From NCBI GenBank assembly GCA_964252035.1, contig OZ176208.1: a DNA stretch of 64,000 bases; one strand, written 5' to 3'. The translations under genes and the position numbers were made by a program. Position 1 is the stretch's first letter. Each line of letters opens with the position of its first letter. The stretch comes from Podarcis erhardii. Lineage: Eukaryota. Positions 1-14,943 of the stretch are shown here, piece after piece. The notes beneath the pieces are model-generated. The model ran no database searches and was not told the DNA's origin. It was given only the letters and a program-made list of their open reading frames with translations.

Positions 1-754
1 TGGAAATACCTAACATAATGTGCAGGTAGTTCTTAAACACTTGTAACTTGATGCTTCACATCTTGCATATGCCCCATTCACAGGTTTAATTAATCTTTTC
101 AGGTCCTTCATCATGAAGTTTCACGCTTCCTACAGCATGTTGCTACTTTACCTTGAATAGGCTGGTGTCTTATGTTCATTCATTTCCTCCACCTTACATA
201 CCCTCTTAAATTTTTTTCACTTATAATTCTTACAGCACAAGCCTACTCATTTATAGTACAACCCTATAGCAGGAGTCTACTCGGAATAAACCCTACTGAG
301 TTCCATGGAGTGATTTTGAGTGTATTGTAGTGATGGAAAGTTGTGGTCCTCCAGATGTAATTGGGCTCTAATGCCCATAAGCCCCAGTCAACAAGAGAGT
401 GGAGCACTAAATCATCTGCACACGTTATGATCGACATCTTTCTGTTCCTAATTACTGGAGAGGGGGAGTTTGCATTATCTAAATATGGCACCAAAGGAAG
501 TAAAAAAGAGTGGGAGCCAGAATGCAACTTTGCTTCACTCCTTGTGATATTTTAAAAGCATCAGTCATAGCACCATTTAAACCTACTCTGCCCCTCATTT
601 CTATGTTGCTGTATAGTTCTTGAATCAATAGCAGAAGTCTGCAGTCAATGCTGGCAATATAAAAATCTCACTTCATTTAAACCTCAGGTCACCAGTTCCC
701 ATAATTTATCTTCCCTCTATTCCATTACTGCTGGTCCCAATTCCTGTCACTGGG

Positions 755-757
<3 letters not shown>

Positions 758-802
<45 letters not shown>
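758..802. repeat. (TG)n microsatellite (others at 8633, 15518, 28847, 36234, 36413)
   Basis: Seen directly. Confidence 0.97.
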
Positions 803-804
<2 letters not shown>

Positions 805-3330
805 TCAGCTTTCTTTGTTTTGAACAGACTCTTGTGTTCCAATCTACACTTGATCAAATTTTCCATGGATTCCTCTTATAGATTGTTATATGAATCCCTA
901 AGTGCCATAGCCAGAACTTTCTTAGTCACTTTGCATTTACCATCAAACCAGCCAAAGTGTGTTGATTGTGTGTAGGTAGTAATTATAGAAGTTATCAACT
1001 AGGGCCTGAGTTCTGTGACAGTTTGCTGGAAGACAGCTACAAGAGTTGGAGATATGCTCATAAAAAGTTGACACAAGCTCATCTGATGATTACTATATAG
1101 TGTCTCTTGAATATCACTGTTCAATCCATGAGACCATTTAAGTCTTTTTATGCCCTATTTTTCTCCACACATTCTTGCAGATTCCATTGTTGGTTTGTGT
1201 TCTATTAAAGGACATAGCGTCACTGATATGGAGAATTATGTGTTAGCCTTCTCCTTATATAGAGACCCAAGAGATCACTTTCTGAAACCTTTGTTTACAC
1301 AAGCAAGAGATACACCCTGGCAGAACAGGTTTGGTTTCATTTGAGTCACAATAATAGCCTTGAAACACACAGCATGGCCTTTTATGCACTGGTTGCATTT
1401 TAAAAAAGAAAAAGGGGGGGGGGAAGAGTTAGATAAAATTGCTGTAAATAGCTGTGGCGATTCAGAGGTTTAATCTTAAATCAAGCTAGAATTTACTTTG
1501 TTGATGTCTCATAACTTTTCTCTCTTCACCATGAATGTTGGCTTATAATATGGATGTACTACTGCTTCAAGTTTGTCATGGTCTTTGGCTAGAACTATAA
1601 ACTTAAGAACAAAAAGTAATCAGTGAAGTACTTTGTTCTCAGCACTTAAGCTAGTGAAAGTTCACCTTTTTTGATGCCGTGCAAACCATACATTTTTTAA
1701 TATCATTCAATGGTTTTTGGCAAATTACATTTCCTCATACCACTTTGTTCAGGTATTCAGACAAATTGTCCTACAATTGTTTCCATGAAATCTTTAAGTA
1801 GTAAATTCTAATAAAATGATTTGAGAAATCTTTTCCCTGAAAGAGCCATGCTATTCCCTAATGTGGATTATCCCCCATTAAAATAATGAAACAAACCACC
1901 CAAACTATAGCAGAGTTTACAGCTGTTCTTCTGTGTTGCCTGTGAATTTCTGTGCCATGGTGACCAACGAAAGCATATAGTTAGGAAAATGGGACATTTG
2001 GGTGATTAAGCAGATGTGCACTTTTGCCCTACATGGGGAAATTTTTCAGAAATAAGTAGTCATCTGCTTCTGCAGCTGGAAAGCTCTGAGGGAGGATTAG
2101 CACTTTCAGACTGCTCATTGTAAACAACCTCAACACCACCAAGAAGCACGGGCGATCTCTACCAGGTAATGATCACCCAAGGAGCAATTTAGAATACAGT
2201 GAATGCTTCCTTAATACATATAACTGGCCTACAGACTCAGATGAAATTTTATTCCAAATTATTTTATATTTAAATAAATGCAATAGAAAGATTCATTAAT
2301 ATCCTGTACCAGAGAGTATACAGAATAGAAGTGAATTATTTGATTAAAAAGAGAGAAAATTAAGCTCTTATAATTAGGGGTTTTAAAATGATTGCAAACC
2401 CAGGACATTATTTAGCTTTGTAAAGGGCATTGTTACACAGCCAAGGAAATGTGTCTTGGGATCACAGAAGTTGGAAGAGAAGCAGAACTTTTTGTTGGTT
2501 TATTGTAAATTCTATATCACTTCTTGTACCATAAGAAGAAGAAGAAAATATACAAAGCTGATAAGCATAGTGAATTATTGAAAGTATTTAATTCCATTAA
2601 AGTATTTGCCTTCATTGCCTATGATTTTAATTTCTAAAAGGTTTATTTGTAGAGACCTTTTGGAGATGTTCGGTGCATTTATAGATTGCATTCTTCAGAA
2701 TGCCAAAGCATGGATTAAGGGCTAGTATGTTTTATGCGTCAAGGAGTTCAAAATATGTTCGCTATAAATTGTAGTGTCAGGTTTTTCCAGTTCACCACAG
2801 CTCCTTTGCTACCAGCTGGGCTGAAAATTGCAAAAACTCAAAAAATGCTGCTGGAACCCTTTGCTACACATACACATACAGGCATGAAGGACTAATGATT
2901 TTACAGAAACCCTGGGGAATATGTTAACATTTTTGTTGTAGAGAGAAAATTCAACAGAATCAAAAGAACTTCTGAATATTTTAGTATTGCATTGGCCAGT
3001 CTTATCAAATTTAGTGCAGACTGGCAGTGTTAGGTACATGACTAGAATGGGAAAATATGAAATAAATATATTTTGTCAAGTATATTCCTATGTTCAAGTA
3101 CTAAGATGTCAGCTCAGAAGGGAGGACATGACTATAAAGATTATATTAATTAAGATGCCTGCATGAAAAATCTCTCCTCAAGCAGCAATCCTTGTGTGAT
3201 TGAAACATTACTATGTGTTTGGTCATTTATTTATAGCAGGCATGGAGAAACTGTGGCACCCCATATGTTGGTGGACTAGAACCCACATAATCCCTAGCCA
3301 TTGGTCATGGTGGCTCTGGCTGATGGGAGT

Positions 3331-3474
3331 TAGAATAATAGAATCAGAATTGTAGAATTGGAAGGTACCCCAAAGATCATTTAGTTCAACCACTTGCAGT
3401 GTGGGAATCTTTTACTTAATGTGGGGCTTGAACCCACAGCTCTGAGATTAAGAGTCTTATGCTCTGTTGACTGA
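3331..3474 (-). mobile_element. SINE with a tRNA-Lys(CTT)-derived head and a CR1-derived 3' tail
   Basis: 3412-3474 is the reverse complement of a degenerate tRNA-Lys (GAGCAT(A)AGACTCTTAATCTCAG...GTGGGTTCAAGCCCCAC); 3331-3410 is a CR1-like tail. Confidence 0.75.
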
Positions 3475-5974
3475 CTTCACACAATTCAAGTTACCCATTT
3501 CCCTCTGAATGGTGACATATGTCCTGTGTCCTCTTTTCACCAAAGACACATTCCATTTGATCTGGTAGACAACCACATTGGCTGCTGCAAATGCTTCCCA
3601 TTCAAACTAGACCTCACCTCACCTTGCTGACCTTCAGGGCCTTGGTGGGGGCTCCTTTACTGAGGGAAGGAAAAAAATGAAGTTCAGCTTCTCTCCATTC
3701 TGTCCCAGCCACAAGGAGCCAAAGCCAACTTGACACTAAGCTAACAGAGCAGATAGCAAGGGAGCTGAGCGGCAACTGGACAGCTGCTTTTAACTAGCAC
3801 AACTTTCACTTCTCCAGATCCTAAATGGCAAAACTATAATCCATCCAGGTTTTTTTCTGTTTGGTTTTTACTGCTTCTCATTTATTGTATTGGATTAAAT
3901 TGTGTTTTGCTTTTACATTGCATTGTATTATTTGTTTTAAACCTCCTTGAGATGCCCACATAACAGGTGGTATAAATATTTCAACAAATACAATAAAACG
4001 GGGACAATTTTTGGTGATACCTACATACCCCAGAAGCTGTTGCTGCCCCAGCCCCAGGCCCAGCCCCAGCCCCAAATCTGTTTTGGAGGGTCCTTCCCTC
4101 AGAAGAGCAATCCCTGTCAGATTCCACCCTACATATAATGTTATCCACCCCTATCACAACCTTCTTCAGTCCTCTTGTGATCTTATCCTGGTGTAGTGGT
4201 TACATGTATTGGCACTAGGCAGCTGTCTTTGGTTAAATAGCTTCTGTGGGAGTTTTCTGGGGGGTATATTGCATTTCTGTAGTGCTAGAGAACTGAAATC
4301 ACTCCTTTGGAATAGTCTGTTGCAAACAACTTTTGTCTTACATTATTCTGAAAAGGTTCTGTTGATAAATTGTATCTCAAATGGCACTGAACTCTTTTAG
4401 CCTGACACAGTGGACTTTCACCACAGCTCAGTTTGGCCTAAAGTGTTTTAGAGCTTGGAAAGAGAGTGACCCACCTTTCATAGCATTTATAGTATTGTGT
4501 AGTCATGCATGGCTTTCTTCTCTTCTGGAAGTCTTTTGAACACGCTTAAAGTTGCTGTTCCCAAATGATTACTTCCTTTCTCAATTGATGCAACAAAAGA
4601 TCATCACAGGGGGAAAAAATGTCCCACCGTGCCTTTTCTTTTCAACACACAGGCAGTGCTGAAAACAGAAAATGTGTGTGTGCAAAAGCTGTCATCTCAT
4701 GCCCATTTCTGAAATCTATTAGCTCCACGGGAAAGCTAAAGAATAAGAGCATGTTAAAGCTTTCTGCATTGCAAGGGTGAAGAACTTCTATTCTACTATT
4801 GTTGTAAAGATGCCATTGATAACCAAAAAGAAGGGGGAGGTGCAGCTGCAGTTCTTTAAATTGTTATGTTTTAAGGTAAAGACCAGAAACAATTTCTAAA
4901 ATAAATATCCCACCTACTCTGAGTGGGTGCTTTTGTACTCCCCATCCCCCGCACTCCATTTCAGAAAGGAAAGCCAGCCATTCACTCATTTTTTTATTGA
5001 TAATTTCTCCTTACTATTAATTCCATGATGATTTGATCTAAAAAAAATTTAAAAAATGAACAGTATATTCATGAAATATGCATGGACGTGACTATAGCTT
5101 CTTTATAACAAGAGGAAAAGTAAGTATCAGTTGTTTACAGGAAAGCATTTTCCATTTTATTTACTCCATATCCCAATATATTTTACAAGTGTCCCATTTT
5201 AAACTACCAACAGCTGTGATAGTGACAGAGGAGGAGAAATGATGTAGTCAGTCACAGTGCAATATTGCACAGAAGGCCAGATCATGATGGGGTTGTAGTT
5301 GTTATAGTAAACATTGATACAAACCAAACATACCACTGAGATCTTGTACTGAAATGTTTCCCAAGAAATAAAACATGACAACAAGATTTAGAATTGGGAG
5401 AGGGGGAAGCTTCAGAACAGTTTAATCAAACATGCAGAAATTGGAGGAGCTGCTATGTATTCTGATACAAAGTTTACTTGTATTTACAACCGTAGCACAT
5501 TTGGAATACTGTTTCCCCCTTTTATTTCTCTCTTCCCCCCTCTTGCTACTTAATGATGTATCCTGGATTTTCCATATTTGGTTTCGGCATTTTATGTCCA
5601 TCTGATTAAGAAACAGGGGTGTGCATTTGCTTCAAGTGCAGCCCGAATCTGGAACTGAAACAAGTTACTTTGGAATGATTTGGCCTGGTTCCTTCTGAAA
5701 TTTTGCAGCAGAAGTGGGAAACAGAATCCAGCTCAAGGATCTGAAGAATTAAGCTGCAGGTGCAAAGGAAGAATCAGAAGGATACCTGGAGTATGCTTCT
5801 GATTCCTCCTTTTGAATTTGACACTTTTCTTTGTCACACTTCTTTCAGAAGTGGTCAGCTATCCATTCCCCAATGAAATCAGCTTGGCAGGGTAATGGGC
5901 CACATTCACACAATGCTGAATCCAAGGGCGTAGGTGGGTGGGTGTGAGAATGAAATACTGTTTTGGTGTTTCCT

Positions 5975-6170
5975 GGTAGTTCTTAAGGAAGGACATTAAA
6001 TCAGCAGTAGAGCATGGAGAAATTCCCAGAACCAATACCTGCATCTCCAGATGGACCAGGGAATGAATTCTGTCTGAAGCCCTGGAGAAGGGCAATCAGT
6101 CAGTGTAGATTTTACAGAGCTAGATGAACCGATGGGTCTGATTCAGCATGAAGCAGCTTTCTGTGTTCCA
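5975..6170 (+). mobile_element. Old SINE/LINE-tail repeat (related copy 57110-57280; related tail 21560-21757)
   Basis: Shared GAGCTAGATG(A/G)ACC...GGTCTGA(T/C)TCAG 3' end. Confidence 0.55.
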
Positions 6171-6339
6171 AAATAAAATAAACCCCTAAGGTGAATTATG
6201 TTAGCTCTGTTCACTTGAATGGCTCACACTTCTTAAGGTACCAACTCAACCCCAGCAATCTTACCAGTGTTGACCCTCCCTTTCCCTTTTAGAAAGGTGA
6301 TTGAGAAGTGCTCGTGAGACAGCTGTTGTGCCATCTGGA

Positions 6340-6700
6340 GGCACAGACTTCTGTGACCTGTTTCAATCTGGCTTGAAGCCTGAGTATGGTGCTGAGACGC
6401 CTGTGTTTAATTGGTCTATGATCTCCTCTTGGCAAAATACAGAGGTCAACGTTCCATGCTGATTATTTCTGATCTGCCATCAGCCTTTGTTAACATGAAG
6501 CATGATGTTCTGTTGAATCATCTGCGGATCCTGGCAAGCAAGGCCAAAATCACTGCTGTGATTTCATATCTTTTTTAAAAAGAAAAAAACACAAAGGTCT
6601 CCAAGGGTGATGTTGGACAAGAGTTCATTTGCCCTGAAGGCTATCTAGTGCAGGTGTTGCAAAGTTATACTCTGTCACCTCTGTTGTTTGACATTTATGT
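6340..6700 (+). mobile_element. Degraded L2-like RT remnant
   Basis: TTTCAATCTGGCTTGAAGCCTGAGTATGGTGCTGAGAC and CTGATCTGCCATCAGCCTTTG resemble QSGF.P..GTETA and D...AFD coding sequence. Confidence 0.5.
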
Positions 6701-6760
6701 GAAAAATGTTCAGGGATGAAGAGAGATGATTTAGGCTGCATACACTACCATCTTTCTGTC

Positions 6761-6766
<6 letters not shown>

Positions 6767-6808
<42 letters not shown>

Positions 6809-6810
6809 TC
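6767..6810. repeat. (TTTC)n microsatellite
   Basis: Seen directly. Confidence 0.97.
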
Positions 6811-6820
6811 ATAGAAAGAA

Positions 6821-7068
6821 GAGTTTTGGAAGAGTTTGGATTTGATATCCCGCTTTATCACTACCCTAAGGAGTCTCAAAGCGGCTAACAATCTCCTTTC
6901 CTTTCCTCCCCCACAACAAACACCCTGTGAGGTGAGTGGGGCTGAGAGACTTCAGAGAAGTGTGACTGGCCCAAGGTCACCCAGCAGCTGCATGTGGAGG
7001 AGCGGAGACTCGAACCCGGTTCCCCAGATTACGAGACTACCGCTCTTAACCACTACACCACACTGGCT
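6821..7068 (-). mobile_element. tRNA-derived CORE-type SINE (Squam3/MIR-like), young
   Basis: Reverse strand has A box TGGTGTAGTGG, B box GGTTCGAGTC and CORE-like GGGTGACCTTGGGCCAGTCAC. Confidence 0.85.
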
Positions 7069-8629
7069 GAAAAAAATCATCTGGTCCACATGGCACCATT
7101 GCCTTGATATTTTCAGTGTGTGGAGTAGATGTAAGCACAACTTAGGGGTATAAACAAGTTTATGCACACAAATCAGCTGGAACATCTATAGCTACAGCTG
7201 GAGCAACAAACCATAAGTGACGATGCAGGAATGCACTATGTAACTATATGTATTCCCATTATAGTACCCATGTCCATTAAGGAGATTGTGTAAGAAAAAG
7301 TGTCTTATTACAATGAGCTGCAGCAGTAATCAGCTTTATATTGCTTCTTCAATTCTCTGGGAGAGGCTACAAGAATAACTGAAACAGTGTTAGCTAATTT
7401 ATAAAAGAGTCCCGACTTGGGATGGCTGAATGTGACAGTTTCAGTTTCTGGTTATTCCAACATTAAATTCAGTTCCCCACATTTCTACAGCAGTTTTTTT
7501 AAGTCCTCATGAAAAATCACCACCATTTTAGTGAGAATTTCTACTAATAAACATTTGTATATTTCCCCTAATATACACATTTTTTTCAAAGCAATTTCCT
7601 TTAATATAACACATCTGTGTAAGTTATTCTCACTGATATATGCATTATGATACTCATTTTACACTATATTTACATTTTGTATTTAGCTGGAGAGCTGGAC
7701 TGCAAAACAGAAGTGCAGAATTTGAAGAATGGCTGTTTTTTTCCATTTGCATATTGTTTTGGTAAGGCACAAATTAAGTATGTTCGCCTTTAAATGTGGA
7801 ACTAAATTTAGATTATCCCAATCTGTAGATACTACACAAGAAGAAGAAAAAACTAAAATGGAAGGCCAGGCCTAGCTTCTGAATACAACTAGTAATGATA
7901 GAACTAGTAATGATAATCAAAAGAAGTGATAAACCAAAAATCCCTAAATCATGTTACAGTGCAGTAGGCAGAAATTCATTATTTTTCTTAGATAAATACA
8001 TTTTTTTTTTTAAAAAAAGAGATGTTTTGGCTTCCTTTACAGCCATTTTTGGATTCCCTAATAAATGTAGAGAGCACAGAAATTCATTTTATACAGAGCA
8101 GCTCATAACCCAAATTACAGTGCAAGAGAGCACTGAGTGGCTTAGAAACAGACTAGAATTCTTAAAAACACAGATAAATATCCAAGACCAGTTTTAAGAC
8201 CTTTATATACCCCTGCTACTTATAGCTCAAGCTTTTAGAGCAGAAAATGAACACGACCAAAACAAGCTCTGTGATAAGAGGAATGAAAAATCAAGTGCTC
8301 CAACAACAGGGTGGGGGGCAAAATTCTAAATGACGTGATTTATTCTTGACCTCCAACCTAGGAGTCAGATATTTTGGAATACAAGACATTTTTCACAGCT
8401 AACTTAGAGAAACTTGTCCAGCAAAGCTTGGCTTTAGCAGTTACTCACTACTAAAATAAAGGGCTTCTCTCACAAAGCCTTGATAGTGGTAGCACACAAA
8501 CTGGATTTTATTGGAAAGAGCACAGAACTGCTTTGCCATCTCTTTTTTGTCATCAGACTAACGCCTTGTCATCAGCGAAATATTTCTTCTGAGCACTGCC
8601 AGTGAGTTCCTTATAAGGAGGAGATCTGC

Positions 8630-8670
<41 letters not shown>

Positions 8671-9295
8671 ACACACATGATGCAACACATATTTTCATGT
8701 GAAAAGAAGCAGGGCAATAGAAATAACTTGCTTCCACATAAATATCTTCCAAAAGAAAAAAAAGATAATGTTTCATGACCAATCAATATACTATACATAC
8801 ACACAGAAGAGAAAACAAAACAAAATGATGTATATGATCCCTATTTCCTAGGAGGCATTTCCAATTTGTTATTTTTGCTTCTTGGATAGATTTGGGGTAT
8901 GTCTTTTAAAATGAAGGAATTCATATGTGCACTAGACTAACTTCCCTCCAATCCAACCCTTCAACTGCTTCAGGAATGAGGAATGTCTGGTTTTCCAAAT
9001 TTTTCCAAATCATCCCTGTTTAGCGGTCATCCTGGCTAGGTCTGCTGTAAGTTAAAGACCTTCAAAATCTAGAGGGACAGAAGTTCCCTATTCCTGCTCT
9101 AGTTATCTATCCATATAATAAATGTTAGCAGAAGTCCTTGTTTCAGCTGTCACATACAAGTTCAATCTACCCATTGCAAGCTTAAGCATTCTAAAAGTCT
9201 TCAAATCTATGCACACCTACCAGGTTGCAGGGGTGTCTGAATGAAGAGCATTCCTCAGATCTTCTAATGCTGTGATGTGCCTGATACTTTATAAA

Positions 9296-9330
9296 TATAA
9301 TAGATAGATAGATAGATAGATAAATAAATA

Positions 9331-9386
<56 letters not shown>

Positions 9387-9408
9387 ATTGCTATAAATAA
9401 ATAAATTA
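9296..9408. repeat. Compound (GATA)n/(AAAT)n microsatellite
   Basis: Seen directly. Confidence 0.95.
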
Positions 9409-11282
9409 ATGCTCACAAAAGCACTGAAAATAAACATGAGCAAAGGCCCACTAACATAGGATCAAAAATGGGTGATTTAAACACTTGTACAAGGAAAAAC
9501 CTTCACTATTTCAAATCAAGTGGGGTCAAACACATTAGTTCCATTTAAGAAGTAAAAATTCCTGCTATGATTTTTTTTATACCAATACATACCACACTGC
9601 AGTGGACTGTAATCTTTCCTTTTATAAACATCATTAATACAACAATCCTATTTATCCAGCAGTAAGCACCACTGAATATACTGAGACTTAATTCTGAGTA
9701 AAGATGCATAAGATTGCATTGTAAATTATTTTAGCTTAGAGTCCAACCTTTGTAATTTTATCAGTATTTATTATCCTTTCATGAGGGTGATGATCTGGTT
9801 ATTAAACAAACATACACTATCATTTGTATCATACAGAATATCAATGGTGTATTAACAGTACATAATAACATAATGAAGCCCAATAACCTATATGAGAAAT
9901 TTTACTGATTTCATCAACCATTTGATCCATCCCTTTAAGAACAGATAGCAAAACTGATTCAGGCTTATCAAAGAATTTCTATTATGTGCATTTGCTTATG
10001 CCAGCTCTTTTTGTTTGAAGAAGCCTTTAGTGCATGGGATAAGGATCATCTTAATGCTATACATTAGAATGTGTGCTTCTTTCAATATTTCAAGAATTTG
10101 TATCATTTTTTATCAGAATGCTGGGCTTTTTAAAGTACATTTTCTATACGAAGTACATTTTGACACTATCATTACTATTGCCTGCTATAAAACACTATTC
10201 AGAGTAAATCCCAATCAATGTACAGGCAATAAAATTAAGCTCAAGTTGTCACTTCCTATGAGCTCTTCCAGATGGGACAGACAAAGAAGGAAGGAATAAA
10301 ATAAATTAACAAGCATCCCAGATAGAACATATATTACTGGACATTTTCCAAACTAAAACATTGTTGGTTATTTTCTGATCTCTCGTTCTCCCCAAATATC
10401 ATCTCCAAAGCCATGTCATTGATTGGATAATGTGTGGCTTTGATGTAATGCTGTTTTGAAGGCTTTTGAAGTAATGTTTGAAATACCAAAGATAATGCAA
10501 AGGGCACCATGTAAGAGTGTTTGGGGAATAAGTCTCTTCCGGCCTGTTAATCCATAATCTGCAATTACACTGAGCTGGCACACACACGGGCACACACACA
10601 CATACACGTCTAGAGGTTTATAAGTGCAAGCCAGGTTGCTTTGGCTCTGATTTGTGGCAATGACGTAAAGGGTTTTATGAATGAACATGGACGTTGTCCA
10701 GCAGAATATCATGTTAAACTATTTCAGTAAATCCACAGGAAGTCAAAGGCACTAAATGTGCTACGTGCCCCCTTACATAGATCTTTTTAGGGCTTAAAAA
10801 GGGGGTAAAAATACCAATTGACAGATGCTGCTTTTGGGGAAGAGCCAGAATCCCTCTCTTGGTTTCTTTCTCCAGCCAAGTGAACAACATAGCACATACA
10901 GCTTCTCAACTACACTGATTATGTGCTTGTAAATGCTACAGATATTGGAAAATTTAATTTAATTAGATTGCTCATTTATTCCTCAAAAATAGGAGGTTAG
11001 GTTTGCTTGTCATATTTGAGCTGTCTACAATTTTTGCAAATAGCAATTTATACCTGCTAGGTCGTGAGCATCAGGATTATGTTATGTATTAAAGAAAATA
11101 CTCAGTCATTTATAGCAGAAAAAAAGCATAATGGGTGATGGTGGGCAGCATTTAGATCTGCAGTTATGTGATGCTGAAACAAGCTAGAGAATAAAGAGAA
11201 GGCTGACGAGGCAGCATTTGACTTACATGGAAGTAAAGAAAATAAATACAAACAGAGAAAACATTATAGAATGCTAGACACT

Positions 11283-12008
11283 GAGGAGGAATTAAAGAAC
11301 TTTTTAATGAGGGTGAAAGAGGAGAGCGCAAAATATGGTCTGAAGCTCAACATAAAAAAGAAGAAGAAGATCATGGCCACTGGGCCCATCATTTCCTGGC
11401 AAATAGAAGGGGAAGAAATGGAGGCAGTGAGAGATTTTACTTGTTTGGGCTCCATGATCACTGCAAATGGTGACAGCAGTCACAAAATTAAAAGACGCCT
11501 GCCCCTTGGGAGAAAAGCAATGACAAACCTAGACAGCATCTTAAAAAGCAGAGACATCACCTTGCCAACAAAGGTCTGTATAGTTAAAGCCATGTATGGA
11601 AGTGAGAGCTGGACCATAAAGAAGGCTAAGCAATGAAAAATTGATGCTTTTGAATTATGGTGTTGGAGGAGTCTCTTGGGAGTCCCATGGACTGCAAGAA
11701 GATCAAACCTATCCATTCTTAAGGAAATCAGCCCTCAGTGCTCACTGGAAGGACAGATCCTGAAGCTGAGGCTCCAACACTTTGGCCACATCATGGGAAG
11801 AGAAGACTCCCTGGAAAAGACCCTGATGTTGGGAAAGATGGAGGGCACAAGGAGAAGTGGATGACAGAGGACGAGATGGTTGGATAGTGTTCTCAAAGCT
11901 ACCAGCATGAGTTTGACCAAGCTGCGGGAGGCAGTGGAAGACAGAAGTGCCTGGCGTGCTCTGGTCCATGGGGTCACGAAGAGTCGGACACGACTAAACA
12001 ACAACAAC
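11283..12008 (+). mobile_element. Bov-B (RTE clade) LINE, 5'-truncated 3' end
   Basis: ORF remnants EEELKNFLMRVKEESAKYGLKLNIKK...RDITLPTKV and WTARRSNLSILKEISPQCSLEGQILKLRLQHFGH. Bov-B 3' end GAGTCGGACACGACT with (CAA)n tail. TSD AGACACT at 11276-11282 and 12009-12015. Confidence 0.93.
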
Positions 12009-14943
12009 AGACACTTTGCTATGCCTTGGTTGTAAACCAAGATCCAAGTCCTATTGATTTCAGTAGAAGTGCCTTGCAGCTGATGGACATAGAATTATAT
12101 CCCAACAGCCTATGAAGCAGCAAAACACTTCTACAGGCATAGCAGGGTAGTACTAGCAAAAGGAATGGTGAATACACAGAGTTATCTCAAGGATAGAGTC
12201 AAGGGAAAAGCAGCTGTCATTGCTTCTGAGGCAAAGCACCCTATGATATATGGGAAAAGGTGTGTCCATATATTGCCATTCACATTTAGTCATTATGGCT
12301 CCATCTTTTAGGGTCAAATGCCTACTCCTACCTCCCTAAGCCTCAGTGATGCAGAATCTGCTTTTGAATTAACAGTTCAAATTAGTGCTCATTCTTTTGT
12401 TGTTACTGTTGTTTTCATCCCTGCTCTTGATGGGCTATGGCTAATGAGACTGAGATCTATATTACGAAGGCCTGAATTGATCATGACCGGCAGGTTCGGT
12501 AATGGTCTGGGAGTTGCAAGGTGATATTGCTAACCATTGAAAAGAGTTGGGGTCTCTACTGCTAGAGTAGCTTTGTTGATGTCAGAGACCAGGAATACAG
12601 CCTGGTGTTAGTGCTGCTTGTAGCTCCCTCAACTCTTTGAAGGGGTTGGCTATAAGTAGCAAGGATCACACAGTTGCTGATCTCAGGAAGAAGCCGGAGT
12701 GCCATTTTAAAAAGCAGCTTCATTGTAATGAATGTTTATTCCCATTGCCAATAATGTTCCATTAACAATGTTTCTTAATCAATTATTTAACTGTATTCTG
12801 TCAATTTTATGTAGTATAAACTTTTAAGAGTTTTGTCACCCTCAAGTTTGCTTGGCTACAGATAGGTGGCACTGCAAACTACAGGGGGTGAGAAGTGGTG
12901 GATGGGCAGCCAAGGCAAGCTGGAGAAAAAGAAAGAGAGAGAGAAGGAGAGAGAGAGAGAAAGAGCCAGAGCAGGCTGCAGCAGCCCCCCAGAACTTTCA
13001 GCCAGCCTTCGGGTTGCTGCCTCCTGGAACCAGATCATTAGGCCAGCTAGCATCACTACTGGCCATCTTCCTCCTCCATGACAAGCCTTAGAATCTGCTG
13101 CTGCTGCCACCACCAATTAGCATGAAAGTGCCAAAAGGAGTGGTCTGGGGAAGACAGCCAGAAGAAGCAGCCAGCCTCAGGATCCATAACAGTGGCTGTG
13201 GCATGAGTTTAGAAACAAGCGCTGCTTGGGTTACGTCTATACTGGGCCAAATGCTTATGACCTAAATGTTTCACCGAGGGACAATCCCACCACTTGTGGA
13301 ATTAACAAATTTGTAGCCCTGTTGCCTTGAGTGTGGGATAAGTCCCATTGTTCCACTCTGATGGTGATTGGGGTCATAATTCCTTCCTGACTTCTTGTGC
13401 AGAGTCCATACACAATAGGAGCTGTGGGTTTTAATTACTTTCTTTTATAATTGCATTTGTATCTTACCTGTCTCCGAAGTCACGAGGTGACTAAGAGGAA
13501 ACCAAGATAAAATAACATGGCAATAAAAGTAATTAAAATTAAATAGAAGAACAGATTATTGTTATTTTTAGGTAACCATACTATGCAGAGCTGTTCCACA
13601 ATATGGGTGTCATGTCGGGGGGGGGGGGCGGAATGAATGGCAAATTCTTCTTTTTCTTGTTCCCATCAAGAGAATCTTAGTAAGTGGATTCAGGTAAGTT
13701 GTCACATCTGCAATCAAAGGAGGGCAGCGCTAGACTGTCCCCCTCTGCTCCTCAAACATTAGATCATGCTTCAGCTGCAATGCACTTGAATATGTCACTA
13801 CATGCTCCATAGCAGCTTAAGCCAAGCATAGGATTGGACTGCCTGGCACAGATGCTGCTATTAAGAGCCTAGACTGAGTTTTCACTATTACCACTTTTCA
13901 GCAGCCATTTTTGCCAGTTCATGCACTCAACTTTTGTAGATAATAACCTTATCTGTAGAAAGCCTTATAGCAGAACAAGCGTGTTTAGATTGTGAATGTG
14001 CTTAAACTTTTGCTGCAAAGCTTAGTGCCCGCACTCTGTTGTGTTCAAAGTCCTCCCATACAGAGAACCAGTACGAACTCCAACCACAGATGAAAACAAG
14101 TGATAATTAAGTAATTAGCCACCTTCTTCATTTTCATTTCATGATCGGCTTGAGGTATTCAGTATAGTTATCACTAGGCTACACAGTGTGCCATACGCAG
14201 ATGCACCAGGGGATCTATTGTAATAATATTTCCTGGATAGGACAAGTGTAGCTTCATAAGCAGAGGGTGACACAGTGTTAATTGTAAACTCAACTGGATG
14301 ATAATGGCAGATAGCCAGTTAAGCTGTGCTCAGTCCCAGCTACACACAACAGGAATCGTTTTCTTGAAGCAATTCAGAAGGCATCTATTTTCAGCCTTTG
14401 CTTACTGGTAAAGAGTGTATATCCAACAAAATCAAAGTTCCTTGAGGAACAAGGAGATTAGCCCAGTATTCTGTTGACCATGTTTCAGCTTCCCTTGGCA
14501 GAAGTTTACCCTCTCTTTTATTCTAGCCTATGTAAGCAAACATCAGTTTTTCATATGTAGCAGAAACAACTCCCTCCGGCTACAAAGTGTCTCTTAAAGC
14601 TTCAGCAAGCGTGCGCACACACAAAGACATACACCAGGGATACCAGACACCCTTAATTCCTGGGCCAATAAATTTTAGAATTTAATCAATGCTTTGAGTA
14701 TTAAACTGGGTGTCAGACAGTGAACCCCTGGATTCAGCTTATGTTAAAATATAAGAGAGGGTAGCTTCCTCATGTGGTAATCACCTGGGAGACAACTCAT
14801 TAACGAAGAACAAAAGGAAAGTAATGGGCCATTAAGAAAGCCAAGTAGAGGAGGCCTTGTGCCAGAATGCTTTTGGGAGGCCGTTCCCCACCAGCTCTGA
14901 GTTAGTTAGAAAAACAAAGATCAGCGTTGAAATAGAAGAGCTA

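Noticed and set aside
2050-2164. Exon bounded by TTTTTCAG and CAG|GTAATG
   Set aside because: Stops in all frames from the main acceptor; the shorter alternative is unrecognisable. Similar isolated splice-like sites at 13668-13690, 41547 and 57818 are also unsupported.
3412-3474. tRNA-Lys gene
   Set aside because: Degenerate acceptor and T stems, and fused to a CR1 tail; this is a SINE head.
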